A DNA stretch of 63,936 bases, the filler included, from Vannella sp. (taxonomy: Eukaryota): NCBI GenBank assembly GCA_023345925.1. It is 6 parts of 6 records of this genome, joined end to end, with 100 filler letters (N's around TTAATTAATTAA, not from the genome) between each part and the next. Parts side by side here need not be neighbours in the genome. Positions count along the whole stretch, not along the records: positions 1 to 16,960 come from JAJQQN010001329.1; 5 more parts are not named here. The stretch is one strand, 5' to 3'. The position numbers were made by a program, and so were the translations under genes. Shown one piece after another: positions 1 to 11,114 of the stretch. The notes under the pieces are model-generated. The model did no database searches and was not told the origin of the DNA. It worked only from the letters and a program-made list of their open reading frames with translations. The number at the start of each line of letters is the position of its first letter. Positions within the stretch are counted from its first letter, which is position 1.

Positions 1-759
1 ATTTTGACCACGGTCGGCTTCTTCCGAAGGAATAGAAGGCAAGCATCTTCATCAAGTCAGCCGCTTTTAACTGAGCCTCGCGTTTGCCAAGTTTCTTCTC
101 CAGTTCTTTGATCTTCGTCTGGAGTTCTCCATCGTTCTTCTCCAGTTCTTTGATCTTCGTATGTTGTTCTCCAATGTTCTTCTCCAGTTCTTTTAACTGA
201 GCCTCGCGTTTGCTAGCTTTCTTCTCCAGTTCTTTGATCTTCGTCTGGTTTTCTCCAACTTGCATAACAAGAGCTCTCACCAATCGCTCCAGTTTCTTAA
301 TCTTCTGATGTAGTTGCTCGTTGATTTCCTCCAATGTGGCTGTCGCAGTGGTAGGCTCGAGTTTTGGAGGGAGATCGAGAGGTTCCGCGAGATGATCATC
401 ATGGTCTTCAAAGGGAAAACCGAATGCGGGGTCCTTAAGGATTTGGTCCACAAGGAAATCTGAGTGGAACTGTTGAAGAACTGCGTGTCTTCTAGTGAGA
501 TCTTCATGCTCTTCGTGAAGGGTGATGTGTTCGAGAGTCCAGTCCTCTGGATAGGGACCTTTTGGAGGTCCATTTATGTTTTCTAGGGCGTAATGAGAGC
601 GTGTAAGGTAGCACCGAAGATGAACGTACCTGTCACAATGGTCGAGAACATTGCCTGTTTCGAGGCCCAGTGGAAGTGGTTGATATGTTGGCCAGTTCCA
701 AGCGTGAGGATTCCTGGGCGCAGTGCAACGGAGAGTCTGTGGGCGCAGAAGGCTCTCAT
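1..759 (-). CDS. Hypothetical coiled-coil protein with a putative mitochondrial presequence; 3' end runs off the window
   Basis: ATG 759 (MRAFCAHRLSVALRPG, Arg-rich, no acidic residues). GT-AG intron 583-629 (47 nt). Then an open frame to position 1 with repeated TKIKELEK units. Missing from the ORF track because it has no stop in the window. Confidence 0.65.
64..257. repeat. Imperfect coding tandem repeats (ttcttctccagttctttgatcttcgt and ttttaactgagcctcgcgtttgc units)
   Basis: Units recur 3-4 times and 2 times respectively. They encode the KIKELEK and KREAQLK heptads on the minus strand. Confidence 0.85.
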
Positions 760-869
760 GGAGAGAGGAACACAAAATATTACTCAAACCCAAAATTTTC
801 GCATTTTTTCCTCAACTAAGGTCCACTTTGAGAGGCTACTAGTGATGAGTCTTTTCAAGGAGACAATCA

Positions 870-930
870 CTTATCTAACCCCCATATCCCTGGCTTTATA
901 CTTATCTAACCCCCATATCCCTGGCTTTAT
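870..930. repeat. Perfect tandem duplication of a 30/31-bp unit
   Basis: cttatctaacccccatatccctggctttat at 870-899 and 901-930. Confidence 0.95.
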
Positions 931-1369
931 GCCTTTTTTTCTTGGCTGTTCGACGCAGGCCACGCTCTCGTGTCGGATCAAGACTCAAGCCGCTTTGGGA
1001 TCGGAGCTGATTCTCCTTTCCTTCGCTGGTGATAGAAGTGTAGGAGGTGTGTGGCTTAACCAGCAAAGCGGTAAACTCTCAGGACGACGCAAGTGCACGA
1101 GGTGGAACCACGTTGAACGTGGTAATCGGCAGCACTCGCCCTGATCGAGTAAGGGAAGAACGAGAGGACTAAGGTTGAAAGTCCACAACCATCTCAAGGT
1201 GGAGTGGACATGATGACTTCTCCATGCAGAGGGCTGAACCCAACACCCAGAGGCCTTCGCCACGAGGAAGTCCTTTCCCAACGTTGGAGAATGAATGCAG
1301 GGAATGCCCGCAAGCCACTTTGAGCAGTGTAGGGAAAGATCATATGTCGAGAACTCCATTTGATAATGG

Positions 1370-2085
1370 GGCTTTGGTGAGCACTCGATGCTCTTCTCTG
1401 ACGAGGGTGGCTTGGTAGATTTTGGACGGAATACCGAAGGCCAACTCGGTCTTGGGCATGCAAACGAGGTGATCGAGCCAGAGAAGATCCCTTGAAGTGG
1501 TCCGCGACCGATCCAAGTGGAATTAGGGTGGCCCCACTCGCTTGAACTAGATGAAGAAGGCTCTGTTTGGGAAGCTGGTGAATCCCGCTCGTGTCAATCT
1601 CCTTTCACCTCCTTTCAACGGGTAATGGAGCTTCCCCTGTTCTTTTGGTGGGGTTTTGGTTGCACAGAGGCACCGAAGGGGTCCGGTTGAACAGTCCAGT
1701 ACCGGCAGAGGGGCAGGTTTTAAGGCAGGCTTTGTGTGGCCAAGACCCAGTTGCCCACTATCGTGGAATGTGTCATATTCTTTCCCTGGACGAGTCCGGA
1801 AGCCTCTGGAACTGGGGATGGGGACTGTTTGGCCAATTAGGAATTGGAGATCTACTCGACAAGTCTGTCCCCCATCTAGTGGGCTCACTGAAAGGAGTAT
1901 CCGTCATAGCAGGATCATATCATTCTTTCGTCTTCACTCTCGATTGCAATTTGATGGTTTTCGGGCTGAACGCCTGCGGACAACTCGGGTTCCGCTCTGT
2001 GGCTCAACAACTCACTCCAACTCTCTCTTCTCTTCGACCCTTCCCTCCACCCATCCGCAGCAAGCAGAAAGGCGCCCATTTTTGA
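1370..2085 (+). pseudogene. RCC1-repeat protein pseudogene, paralog of 48226-49281
   Basis: FGRNTEGQLGLGH, WGWGLFGQLGIG and FGLNACGQLG RCC1 motifs. In-frame TGA at 1493-1495 where the paralog has Trp, a frameshift near 1637, and loss of the central blades relative to the paralog. Confidence 0.8.
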
Positions 2086-2138
2086 GTTACAACACGTTTC
2101 CCATGACGTACGAAAAATGAATATTTACATTTGAGAAG

Positions 2139-5100
2139 CTAATAGCCTTGGCTGTGCATAAGCTGGTGTTCTTTGGAGAGAGCGACGCGTACTTTCTTCG
2201 ATTGTGAGGCAACGAAGACTTGTAATTGGGAAATATGCTTTTCCAGAACGCTCTGGCAATGCGTTGGTCCCAAGGACGAAGGGACATGCAGCAGGTCAAG
2301 GAAGAGAGGCTCCCAATCAAAGGCCCAATAGCGTTTGACTGCCTCCTTGGGGAGGAAGAACTCTTCACTGGCACGGGAACCAGTCAAACTTGCCGCACAC
2401 TTCTTGGAGGGCTTGCGTTTGATGACCTCCATCGGTGCCAAATATAACAACAAGTGAAGGATAGCACACGCACCATAAAGGTCAACGTGGTAGGACCAAG
2501 GCTCCCCATTCGTCATCTCCACACATTGGAGCTCCTTCACGTGGTTATCTCCTGTAAAGAGCTGCTCTTCTCGCCCTGCATAAAGGCGAAGATCAAGGGC
2601 ACGTCCAAAGTCAATCAATTGCAAGCCACGAAGCTTCCAGGAGGTCTCGCCATGCGGTTGCCACTCCTCCCAAGCGGCGCCGTTTGGAGCGTTCTCGTTC
2701 ATGAACAAGAAGTTGTCTGGTTTGATATCACCATGAATTATGTGGCAACGATGGAGACAGTAGATGATTGTGAGCACCTCCAGGGCTAAGAAGGCAATCA
2801 ATCCTTCATCGAGCTTGCAATTCTTAGCGCGATGAGCATTGATAAGGTCCAGGAGAGTGCCCTGGTCGAGGTAACTTAACATCAAGAAGCTACTATCAGA
2901 GAATTCACGTAAATACTGGACAGAACAGAACCGCTGGGCCATGTAAAGGTGATGATAAGCGAATTGGCAAGCCCCAGTGCCAAGAGGTTGGTCCAATAAC
3001 ACTCTTAATCGGCTCTGTAACTCTTGCATCGTGTAGAACTCCCATCGAAGAGCCCAAGGATCCTTTACATGGTCCTGATACTTCAGTGCCCGCTGAGTAT
3101 CTTCCAAAGCCAAAGTGATTGTATCATCGTCCGCACTCGTCTCTGCAAAATAGTGTGCCAGGAAGACCTTCGCGAACCCTCCAGAACCTATACAAGGTCC
3201 AAGAGTAAGAACAGCGCGGCGAGTGTCACCTCTTCGGTCTTTCTGGAACAAAGGGAACTCTTGGAAGTCGTCCGTGGGGAACTTGTCCGCTCTCTGACGG
3301 ACAGGCTTCTTGCAAAGTAGCTTCGAAGAGGGAGCAGGGCTATCGAGACGAACGTATTGCTCATTTGCCTTCCGTGCTTGCATGAACGCCAAGAACGCAG
3401 GTAGCGTTTGGAGTTCTTTTGAATGCTGGTGTGTGTAGGGATTGATGGGAGTGCTGAGAGTCAGTATGGACTTCAATTGTACAGTAGAAAAAGAGATAGG
3501 AGCAGTCATTGTGAGGTCCTGTTCACTTTCGTCGAGAACGAAAGTGCCTTCGCTATCATGATGGTCAAAAGAAGAGTCCAAGTCACTCATATCAAAGATG
3601 TCGTCCGTGGCTGATTCAATGTCGTCTAATTGGAAGACATCAACCCCCTCACTCCCATAGCTTTCCACTTCACTGCCAATCTCATCTTGGAAGACACAGA
3701 ACGAGCCAAATTGGTCCCGGCGTGGTTCACTCTTAGTGGCAACAACAGGAGAATCATTAAACACGCTAAAGGGTGCTTGGCTGGCTCTGGATTCGTCGAA
3801 AGATAGCTCAAGAATGTCCTCCGTCGCAGCGCTATCCTCTCCCTCACTATTATGGACCATGAAAGGTGACACGGCTGCGCTCCAAGAGCTAGAGGGGCGA
3901 ATTCTCGAAGCTGGGGTGGTCTGGATAGCCTTTTCAAATGGCAGTTTGTTCTCTTTGTCCTTCTCCGAGTCGTCCGAGTCACTTTCATAATCTGAATCCT
4001 CCAAAGGTCCAGAGAATAGTGACTCTTCCTGGCCAGAAGGTTCTTGATAGAACTCAAATACCGAATTTTGCTCGATAACGCACTTCCCACTAAAGTCCTT
4101 CCCCAGATCCTGGATGGCTTCAGTCTCCAAAGGAGTCTCTGAGAGCACCTGGAATGGCTCTTCCAAAGAGAGTGGAACCGCTATCTCACGCAGGAAAGGA
4201 GAGGGCGAGTGATTCTCATCTGCAAAAACGGGGAACGCTGATCGCGGCGGTGATTCTGGGAGAAGTAGAAGATCCCCGTCGTCCTCAGCAATGGAGAAAG
4301 GACCAGTTGCGTCCCGGCATATTGTAAAGCCACTATCACTTTGGCCATTCAGAGCAGCAAGAGGATCCTCTTCTGAATCTATTTCGATGTGTCCTGTGAA
4401 CCCATGCAAGTGAGTATCTTGACTGTCCTCGGAACTGTCTTCGTCACTGTCAGATAGTGGACAGTTGAACGCATCTTTCAGAACGCCCTCGGCCTTCTTT
4501 GTGTAGAAGGTCGTCGTTCTATCAAACGGAAAGACCGAAGTGGTGTGAATCGTTCCGTTCAGGTTGCTTGTCCGGTCCAAGATATTGAACATGGACGAAC
4601 CCGAGCGCGTCAAGAGACCATCTCGGTGCTCTTGCATGTCAATGGCCAGAGTGTCTGGCTCAATAACGACGGTTCCTCCGTCCAAGTCAGTCAAGTCATT
4701 CAGGTCGTCTTCATCCTCTTCAGCAAAGGAGCTCTCCTGGAGGGCTTCCTCTTCGTCACTCATGAGGTCCTGTTGGCCGTCTTCAGAGAACTCTAAGAGA
4801 GTGCTGGCTGGCTCGTCCAGACCGCGAAGGAAGAAGAGTTGGTTTGCACGTTCCGTCTCCTCTTGCTGTTGTCGTTGAGCTTCTGCAGCGGCTTCCTTTT
4901 GGAGCTCCTCTTGTCTCTGTAGCTCCATCTTCCTGGCAAGCTCAGCTTCGACCAGTTCGAGACGACGTCGTTCAGCTTCAGCAGCAGCTTCACGCAATTG
5001 GGCCTCCTCAGCGGCCTTTAGAGCCTCCAGTCGCAGTCTCTCTGCTTCTTCTTGCTCCTTCTGTAGTTGTATCCTTAGTTCCTCCAGCCTTCGAGCCTCT

Positions 5101-6068
5101 TCAGCTTGCTGAGCAGCAATCCGCGCAAGTTCCTCGGCTCTTCTCGATTCCTCCTCTTGTCGGAGTCTTTCAGCCTTCTCTTGTTCTTTCTGAAGTTGTA
5201 TCTTGAGCTCTTCGAGTCTCAGAGCCTCTTCAGCTTGCTGAGCGGCAATCGCCGCAAGCTCCTCTGCTTTCTTCAGCTCTTCCGCCTCTCTCAGTGCCTC
5301 TGCCTCCTTTTGAAGCCTTACTGCTTCCATCTGTTGTTGAAGCTGCGCTTCCCTTTCTCCCTGCTGCTTCCAATACACACGAGCACGAAGTTCCTCATAC
5401 TGGAACTCTTCCTGAGTGCTGCCATGCGTGGTTGCGAGTGTAACAGGCTTAGATACGGCATCTGTTGCTTGAGAGTTGGGACCAAGAGGGACCTTGGAGG
5501 CCCTCGTAGTGACAGGGAGCTCTCCATCACGCTCAAGGCGCGGTTGAGCGTCGCTGTTCTCACAGAGCCCCTTCTTCTCTCTTCTAGAAGAGAAAAGCTT
5601 GTAGTTTTTGCGAAGGCGATCAAGTGGGGAAGCTTGGCGCTGTATGCCGAGGAGAAAGGTGCGATTGGCTTCATCATAAAGACCTTTCTTCTCTTGGAAG
5701 TGCGCTTTAGCCTCCCAGAAGAGCGCATGGTCTGTACCTAAGCTTTTGCGTTGAAGGTACTCAAAGTATTCAAGCTGATTGCCCAGGATCTCCGACTAAA
5801 AGAGAGATGCGTGATGAGGGGGAGCCCTTTCGAGGATCTAGCGAGCACTCACGTAGATAACACATAGCTGGAGGAACCTCTTGTCTTGTTGGTACCTTTT
5901 GTCGTTCCTGAAGAGGCTGATTGCCCGAGAAAGAATCGCTGAATGCTTCTCCTTCGAAGAGGGATGAGATTTCTTGCACCAAGAGTGATACTGCAGAAAG
6001 GCTGCCAACGGATCGGGTCCCATTGCCGTCTTCTTGATCAAGGCCTCAAACCTCGCCTCTTCCGACAT
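2139..6068 (-). CDS. BUB1: Spindle checkpoint kinase BUB1/BUBR1 (Mad3/BUB1 TPR N-domain, coiled coil, acidic linker, kinase)
   Basis: N-terminal DPLAAFLQY...RYQQDKRFLQL...ALFWE Mad3/BUB1 domain. One 57-nt intron (~5796-5852). KEN motif (DKENK). Kinase GSGGFAKV, HGDIKPDN, LIDFGRALDL, EMTNGEPWSYHVDLYG. Confidence 0.92.
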
Positions 6069-6095
6069 GCCCCTGCAAATATATGCTTCCAACCG

Positions 6096-6129
6096 AAACC
6101 CGCCAAAACCTCGCAGTTTCCCGCCAAAA
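6096..6129 (+). promoter_or_regulatory. Two E2F-like sites in the BUB1 upstream (divergent) region
   Basis: aaacccgccaaaa 6096-6108 and tttcccgccaaaa 6117-6129. The second matches the TTTSSCGC consensus. Confidence 0.5.
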
Positions 6130-6242
6130 GTTCGAAGACCACATTTATTGCGATTTTCACAACCATGATGGAGGATAGGTATTATTCATTCGTTTTTTAA
6201 TCGGTCGAATTGTGTTGGAAAGTCATTTTCAGGCGAGGAGGG

Positions 6243-6610
6243 ATGTACGAAAGGCTAGAACACGAGGAACCCCAGATTGAACTGGCCTCTCCCGTAGTGG
6301 GGGGTGAACTAGAAAGGCAGAGCTCCCGCCGGTGCGTTACAACGTTGTGCATCAGCACACATACCTGACCCATCCTCAGGCAGGTGGATCATTACGAGGG
6401 CGAGGGGATGAAGAGTACTTATCGAGTGGGCCGTGCCATCCGCAAAGTAGATGATCTCATCGACCTGTCTGACAGTAAGAGACCTCCAACAGACCTTCGT
6501 CTCGTGCATTTCCCTTACATTTCACCCTCACAGACAAAGTCGGCTATTGGGTCATCGGGTCGTTATTTGTATTGACGATGCTATTATTCATGGTTCTCTT
6601 TCTACTCTAG
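6243..6610 (+). CDS. Small (~86 aa) tail-anchored protein, Qc-SNARE-like C-terminal half
   Basis: Three exons joined by two GT-AG introns give MYERLEHEE...RVGRAIRKVDDLIDLSDNKVGYWVIGSLFVLTMLLFMVLFLL*, with a single C-terminal TM helix. Confidence 0.65.
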
Positions 6611-6682
6611 TCACTTCCCAGAGTTGTGGGAAGTCCTTGGATAACGATTCGGGCTCACTCTTAGTATTGGCTGGTTTATGAG

Positions 6683-8225
6683 TTAAATGATGTACTTTGA
6701 GGTATCAGCTTTCTGCAACATGGGCTGAACGGACTTCTGGATGTGGGAAATGGAGATGGCGAAGGAAGCCTCTTTGCGGCACTCGAAACTGATTTCCTCC
6801 ATAATCTTCTCCATAATCGTGTGCAGTCGCCGAGCCCCAATGTTCTCTACTGAGCGATTGATTTCGTAGGCCAATCGAGCAATCTCTTTGATTGACTCGT
6901 CCGAGAACTCGACGGTGATGCCTTCTGTCTTCATCAGTTCCACCTGCTGCTTGACTAGGTTGAAATCAGGTTCTACAAGGATCCGATGCATATCTTTCTC
7001 TGTTAGGGGACTCAACCCCACTCGAATGGGTAGTCTTCCCTGCAGTTCGGGCAAGATATCTTGGGGTTTAGCCTAAGTCAATTGCGATTAGATAGTCGGT
7101 TGGGCCTACAAGAGGCGCCTTACCGAATAGAATGCACCTGCTGCGATGAATAGGATCTTGCTGGTGTCCACTGGCCCTTGCTTGGTGTCGATGATGGTTC
7201 CTTCAATAATGGGAAGAAGATCCCGTTGGACACCCTCATCTGAAGCATCTCCACGCGTGCGAGAGGCTCCTTTTGGAGAGCAGATCTTGTCAATCTCGTC
7301 AATAAACACTATGCCTCTCTCTTGGACATCGTGGATGGCTTCCTTCACGAGTTCGTCATCGTGCTCTTCCGTTAGCGAGTCCAATTCGTCCTTCTCTAAG
7401 ATCGGGCGTGCCTCCTTGACCGAACGAAGTACCCATTTGGTCTCTTCAGCTTCTGGAGGGCTGATCTTAAGTCCATGTTGCTGGTGGAAGAGAACCCTGA
7501 CAAAGTTGGATTGTTCCTCCTCGGGCTCACTCTGAGGGATCTTGATCTCAACGTCATCGAGTGCCCCTTCTATCAGCATAGCACGGAACTTCTCTCTCCA
7601 TCGGTCAGGAATATCACCAAGGAGAAGCGTGAGGATCTTGTTCTCCACAATCTTCTTGACTTTCTCTGCGTTCTGGTCCCTGAGGTTCTTCTTCCTCTGA
7701 GCTATTCCCGCAGTAACAAGGTTCTTGATGATAGAATCAACATCAGCCCCGTGAAACCCTGTCTCAGTGTACTTGGTGGCCTCCACCTTAATGAATGGAG
7801 CATCTGTGAGCTTTGCTAGTCGCCGTGCGATCTCTGTTTTGCCCACACCAGAGGGCCCCACCATTAGAATGTTCTTTGGGCTGATCTCCTTCCTCATCTC
7901 TGGAGAAAGTTGTTCGCGCCGCCATCGGTTGTCTATCGCGCACAGTTAGAAGGGGAACTGCCCCTGAAGAGCTACCCACGAAGAGCATTGGCAACAGCTT
8001 TCTTTGCTTCATCCTGTCCGATGATGAACCGGTCCAGGTAGAGAACGATCTCCTTCGGCAACATTCGCGGTCTCCCTTCGCCTTCTCTCTATCAGCACGC
8101 TCTCATCAAACCAATACCTCAGATGCATACATACCATCAACAGGTACATCAGAAGCGAAGCGAGACCCACAAGGCCGCCAGAAAGGCCGAAGGGAGCCGC
8201 CCACAGCCAAGGGAGAGCGCCACAT
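6683..8225 (-). CDS. hslU: Mitochondrial HslU (ClpY) ATPase subunit of the HslUV protease
   Basis: LDRFIIGQDEAKKAVA, PKNILMVGPSGVGKTEIARRLA, IVFIDEIDKI, EGVQRDLLP, PELQGRLPIRV, ENIGARRLHT. Arg-rich N-terminal presequence. Three short introns. Confidence 0.93.
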
Positions 8226-8285
8226 AGGAAATGGGCAAACCAGGCGGATCAGTGGTTTATTGCAAGCGAGGACTTAAACTGTTTG

Positions 8286-9842
8286 CTACTCAGACCGGCT
8301 GATGAACGCTTCAGCCTTGGAGAAGAGAGAACGACCCATGTCGGAGTTGTCTCGGACGATGGCGTTCCAACCTCGATCAGTGCTGTCCTCTTGGGCTAGA
8401 GAGAGACGTGGCATGTCGGAGATGTTCTCTGGACAGAGCAGGGAGCGGAGATTCTCGGGGAGGTTCTCATGGTTGCTTGCTCCAGGTCCCTTGGCAGGGC
8501 GGAAGGCTGCCCCTCTGGAAGGTGAGAATATAGGGGAAGAGGCAGTACGCTTGGGGGAGGGGTAGTGCCCGTTGCCAACTGGGGAATGAGGGCGAATGGA
8601 TCCAACGGAGAAGGAGAGCACACGGTTGGGAGAAAGGGGCTGGAAGGCCTTCCTTGGAGAGAACGCAGAGCCTGGCAAGCGCTTCTCGGCCATCTCAGGG
8701 GCCGGAGGGCTGCTGAAGGGTGAAGAGGAGTTCCGCAGGATGGCTGGTCTGGAATCCGGAGAGAAGCACAGAGGGAAGGGGACAGGCTCCCCCATTATGC
8801 TGATGGGCACTGCATTATCATGTGAGAAGGCGTTACAGGAGAGTGAACAACGTACGAGGAGTTTCAAAGGCACTTTCCACCTCTCCAACGGCGACCAGAG
8901 TGTCCCAGTGCCAGCCCCTTTGTGGAAGGGGATCGGTGTGAGGTTCATTCTCAGCTTGGCTTGGTTGATTGGGCGTGGAAGGAAGGGAAAGCGGAGACGA
9001 GCAGACAGAAGCGGCCTTTGCCTTGCCCTTCGCCTTGGACTTACGAGCAGCAGCGCCTTTGAGTTTCCTTTGAATGGTTGAGTTCCAGCGGTTTTTGATC
9101 ATGTTGTCCGTTCTCCCAGGGAGCTGGTTGGCGATCTCAGCCCATTTGTTTCCGAGTTCCGTGTGGAGCTTGATGATCATTCCATCCTCCTCCTCCGTCC
9201 ACGCACCCTTCTTAATCGAAGGGTCTAAATGATTATGCCATCTCTCGCGGCACTGCTTGCCGATCCGGCCCTTCAAATGACGAGCAATCAAGGTCCACTG
9301 TCGAGGCCCATGGCGAACGACCAACTGACGAACCAAATCATCTTCCTATTATTTAACCCACATTTTGTTAGTAACGTGTTTAAACGGCTCTCGTCCGAGT
9401 AGCCAATCAGAACCCAGGGAAGGACGTTGGTAGAAAGTCTCTAATGAGAAGAGGGGAGATCCTTACCTCTTCAGTCCAAGGACCTTTAACTAGTTCGGGG
9501 TTGAGAACTTTTTGCCACCGGTGAAGGCATTGGACGTCGGAGCGGCCTTCCATCTGGGCGGCGATGTTTTTCCAGTTCTTTCCTTTGTTTTCAAGAACAA
9601 CTTGACGTAAAGCGTCATCCTATGAACATGTGAGTGTCTAAAGAAACGACTAAGGGGTGACTCACCTCGTCTTGAGTCCATCCTCCGGTCGTCGAGCGTC
9701 GGATTTGATTGCGTCCTGAAGCTTGTGGTGCTAGTGGTGTACTAAAGAACGTATGTGCTTGTCAGAAGAGGCGTTGCGAAGCAAAGGATAGAGTTTCGTA
9801 CCTCTGAGGGGAGCCATCAACTTGGTCTTCGTTGTCGCTCAT
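8286..9842 (-). CDS. Three-repeat (R1R2R3) MYB transcription factor
   Basis: Spliced exons give GGWTQDEDDAL...WKNIA...[28 protein letters not shown]...[16 protein letters not shown]...GNKWAEIA...[13 protein letters not shown], followed by an S/P-rich tail. Four introns. Confidence 0.92.
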
Positions 9843-10907
9843 GATATAGAAGGTTTCAATCGTTTACTACAACACTGTTAACATACGCTCTCCTATGGTA
9901 GTGAACCGTGATGGATCTCAAGAGCGACGGGAGGCTTACATAAGAAGAGGTGTTGATAAGCGACAGTTGTTGAAGAAGATTGAAAAGAGTAATCAATGAA
10001 ATGACTGTGTGTGGAAAGGCAGTAACCGAGCTGCTGGTCACTGGTGAGGAAGAGAAACTGAAGGATCCGAAACACCCAAAAATCTGAAGAGAGGATGTGT
10101 CACCCTCTCGGTGTCGTTTTCTGAGTACATGTGCCGTCCCGATCACGATCGAGTCAAGGCCACGCACAGAAAAAGTTTATCAGAAAAGCCAAATAAGGCG
10201 CATGTCACTGAAAATTCCCTTATTGGGGGGACATATCCTGTTTCTGCCGTTGGGTGGTTCTTGGGAAAGTGGAGGTGGGCAATGGAAGTGAAGTAGGTTG
10301 TGATGATAGTGGGTACGAACTGTAGCTTGTAGAAAGGTCAATGGGCAGTCAAAGCACGGCAAGGGATGAGAGCGGGGGGAAGACATGTCCGGACACCTCG
10401 AGAGGTGGGAATATCGCAAAAAATCAGATTAATAGGAGTTTGGCATCCGAGTCTGACTGTAAGGAAAGCTGTGCTGATCCTTGCGCGTTGGCAAAATGCT
10501 TGTGGAAGGGCTTTGCATGCGCAACCTCACTGGGCGAGGAGGGAGTCGCAAATATCGTTGGAACAGCAAGAGAGAGAGTACATGGAAGTGTGTTGAAGCT
10601 GCCGCGGGGAACGGGGTTGGGTGACTGGTCAAAAATAAAAAAGTAGGGGAGGAAGGCTTGAACCGTGTGGACCAACTCGTTGGTGAGTAGTTGGGAGGGA
10701 GCTGAAGAGGTAAGCGTTAGAACAGCTTGGGTTGAGGAGCTTTCAGAAACATCGTCGTCAGGTGATCGGGGAAGCTTCGCCTGCGTGGGCCATCGGCAGC
10801 AAAAAATGCGAAGCGGAGGAAAATCGGAATTTTTCAACCCCGCCCCAACTTCCAATCCTTCCAACATTCTTCATTGTATTGATTTGCACAATTTCAGAAA
10901 TGATTCC

Positions 10908-11004
10908 CTAACGGCTCCGAATGGAAAAAGAAAAGTCAGAGAAAATCTGGAGCATCTGCCCGTTTGGCCAATCAGAAGGTCTTTTCAAACCAGTATCTGA
11001 TTGG
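10908..11004. promoter_or_regulatory. Putative divergent promoter with an MSA/MYB-like site, two CCAAT boxes and a CHR-like TTTGAA
   Basis: ctaacggct 10908-10916; CCAAT 10968-10972; ttcaaa 10984-10989; ATTGG 11000-11004. Confidence 0.45.
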
Positions 11005-11114
11005 CTCATCAAGCGGTCTTGTTTTCTGAAACCTCCAAGGAAAGCAACCTGAATGGATGTGTTTATGACATTAATTTGAATTATTCATTCTTCGAGTCGA
11101 GTTGGCACACTTTC

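Noticed and set aside
64..257. Regularly spaced repeats resembling a CRISPR array
   Set aside because: The repeats are in-frame coding heptads without unique spacers, there are no cas genes, and the context is eukaryotic.
1493..1495. In-frame TGA at a conserved Trp position, suggesting UGA=Trp recoding
   Set aside because: The same copy also has a frameshift and a deletion. Intact genes use TGG for Trp and several end in TGA, so this is a pseudogene lesion.
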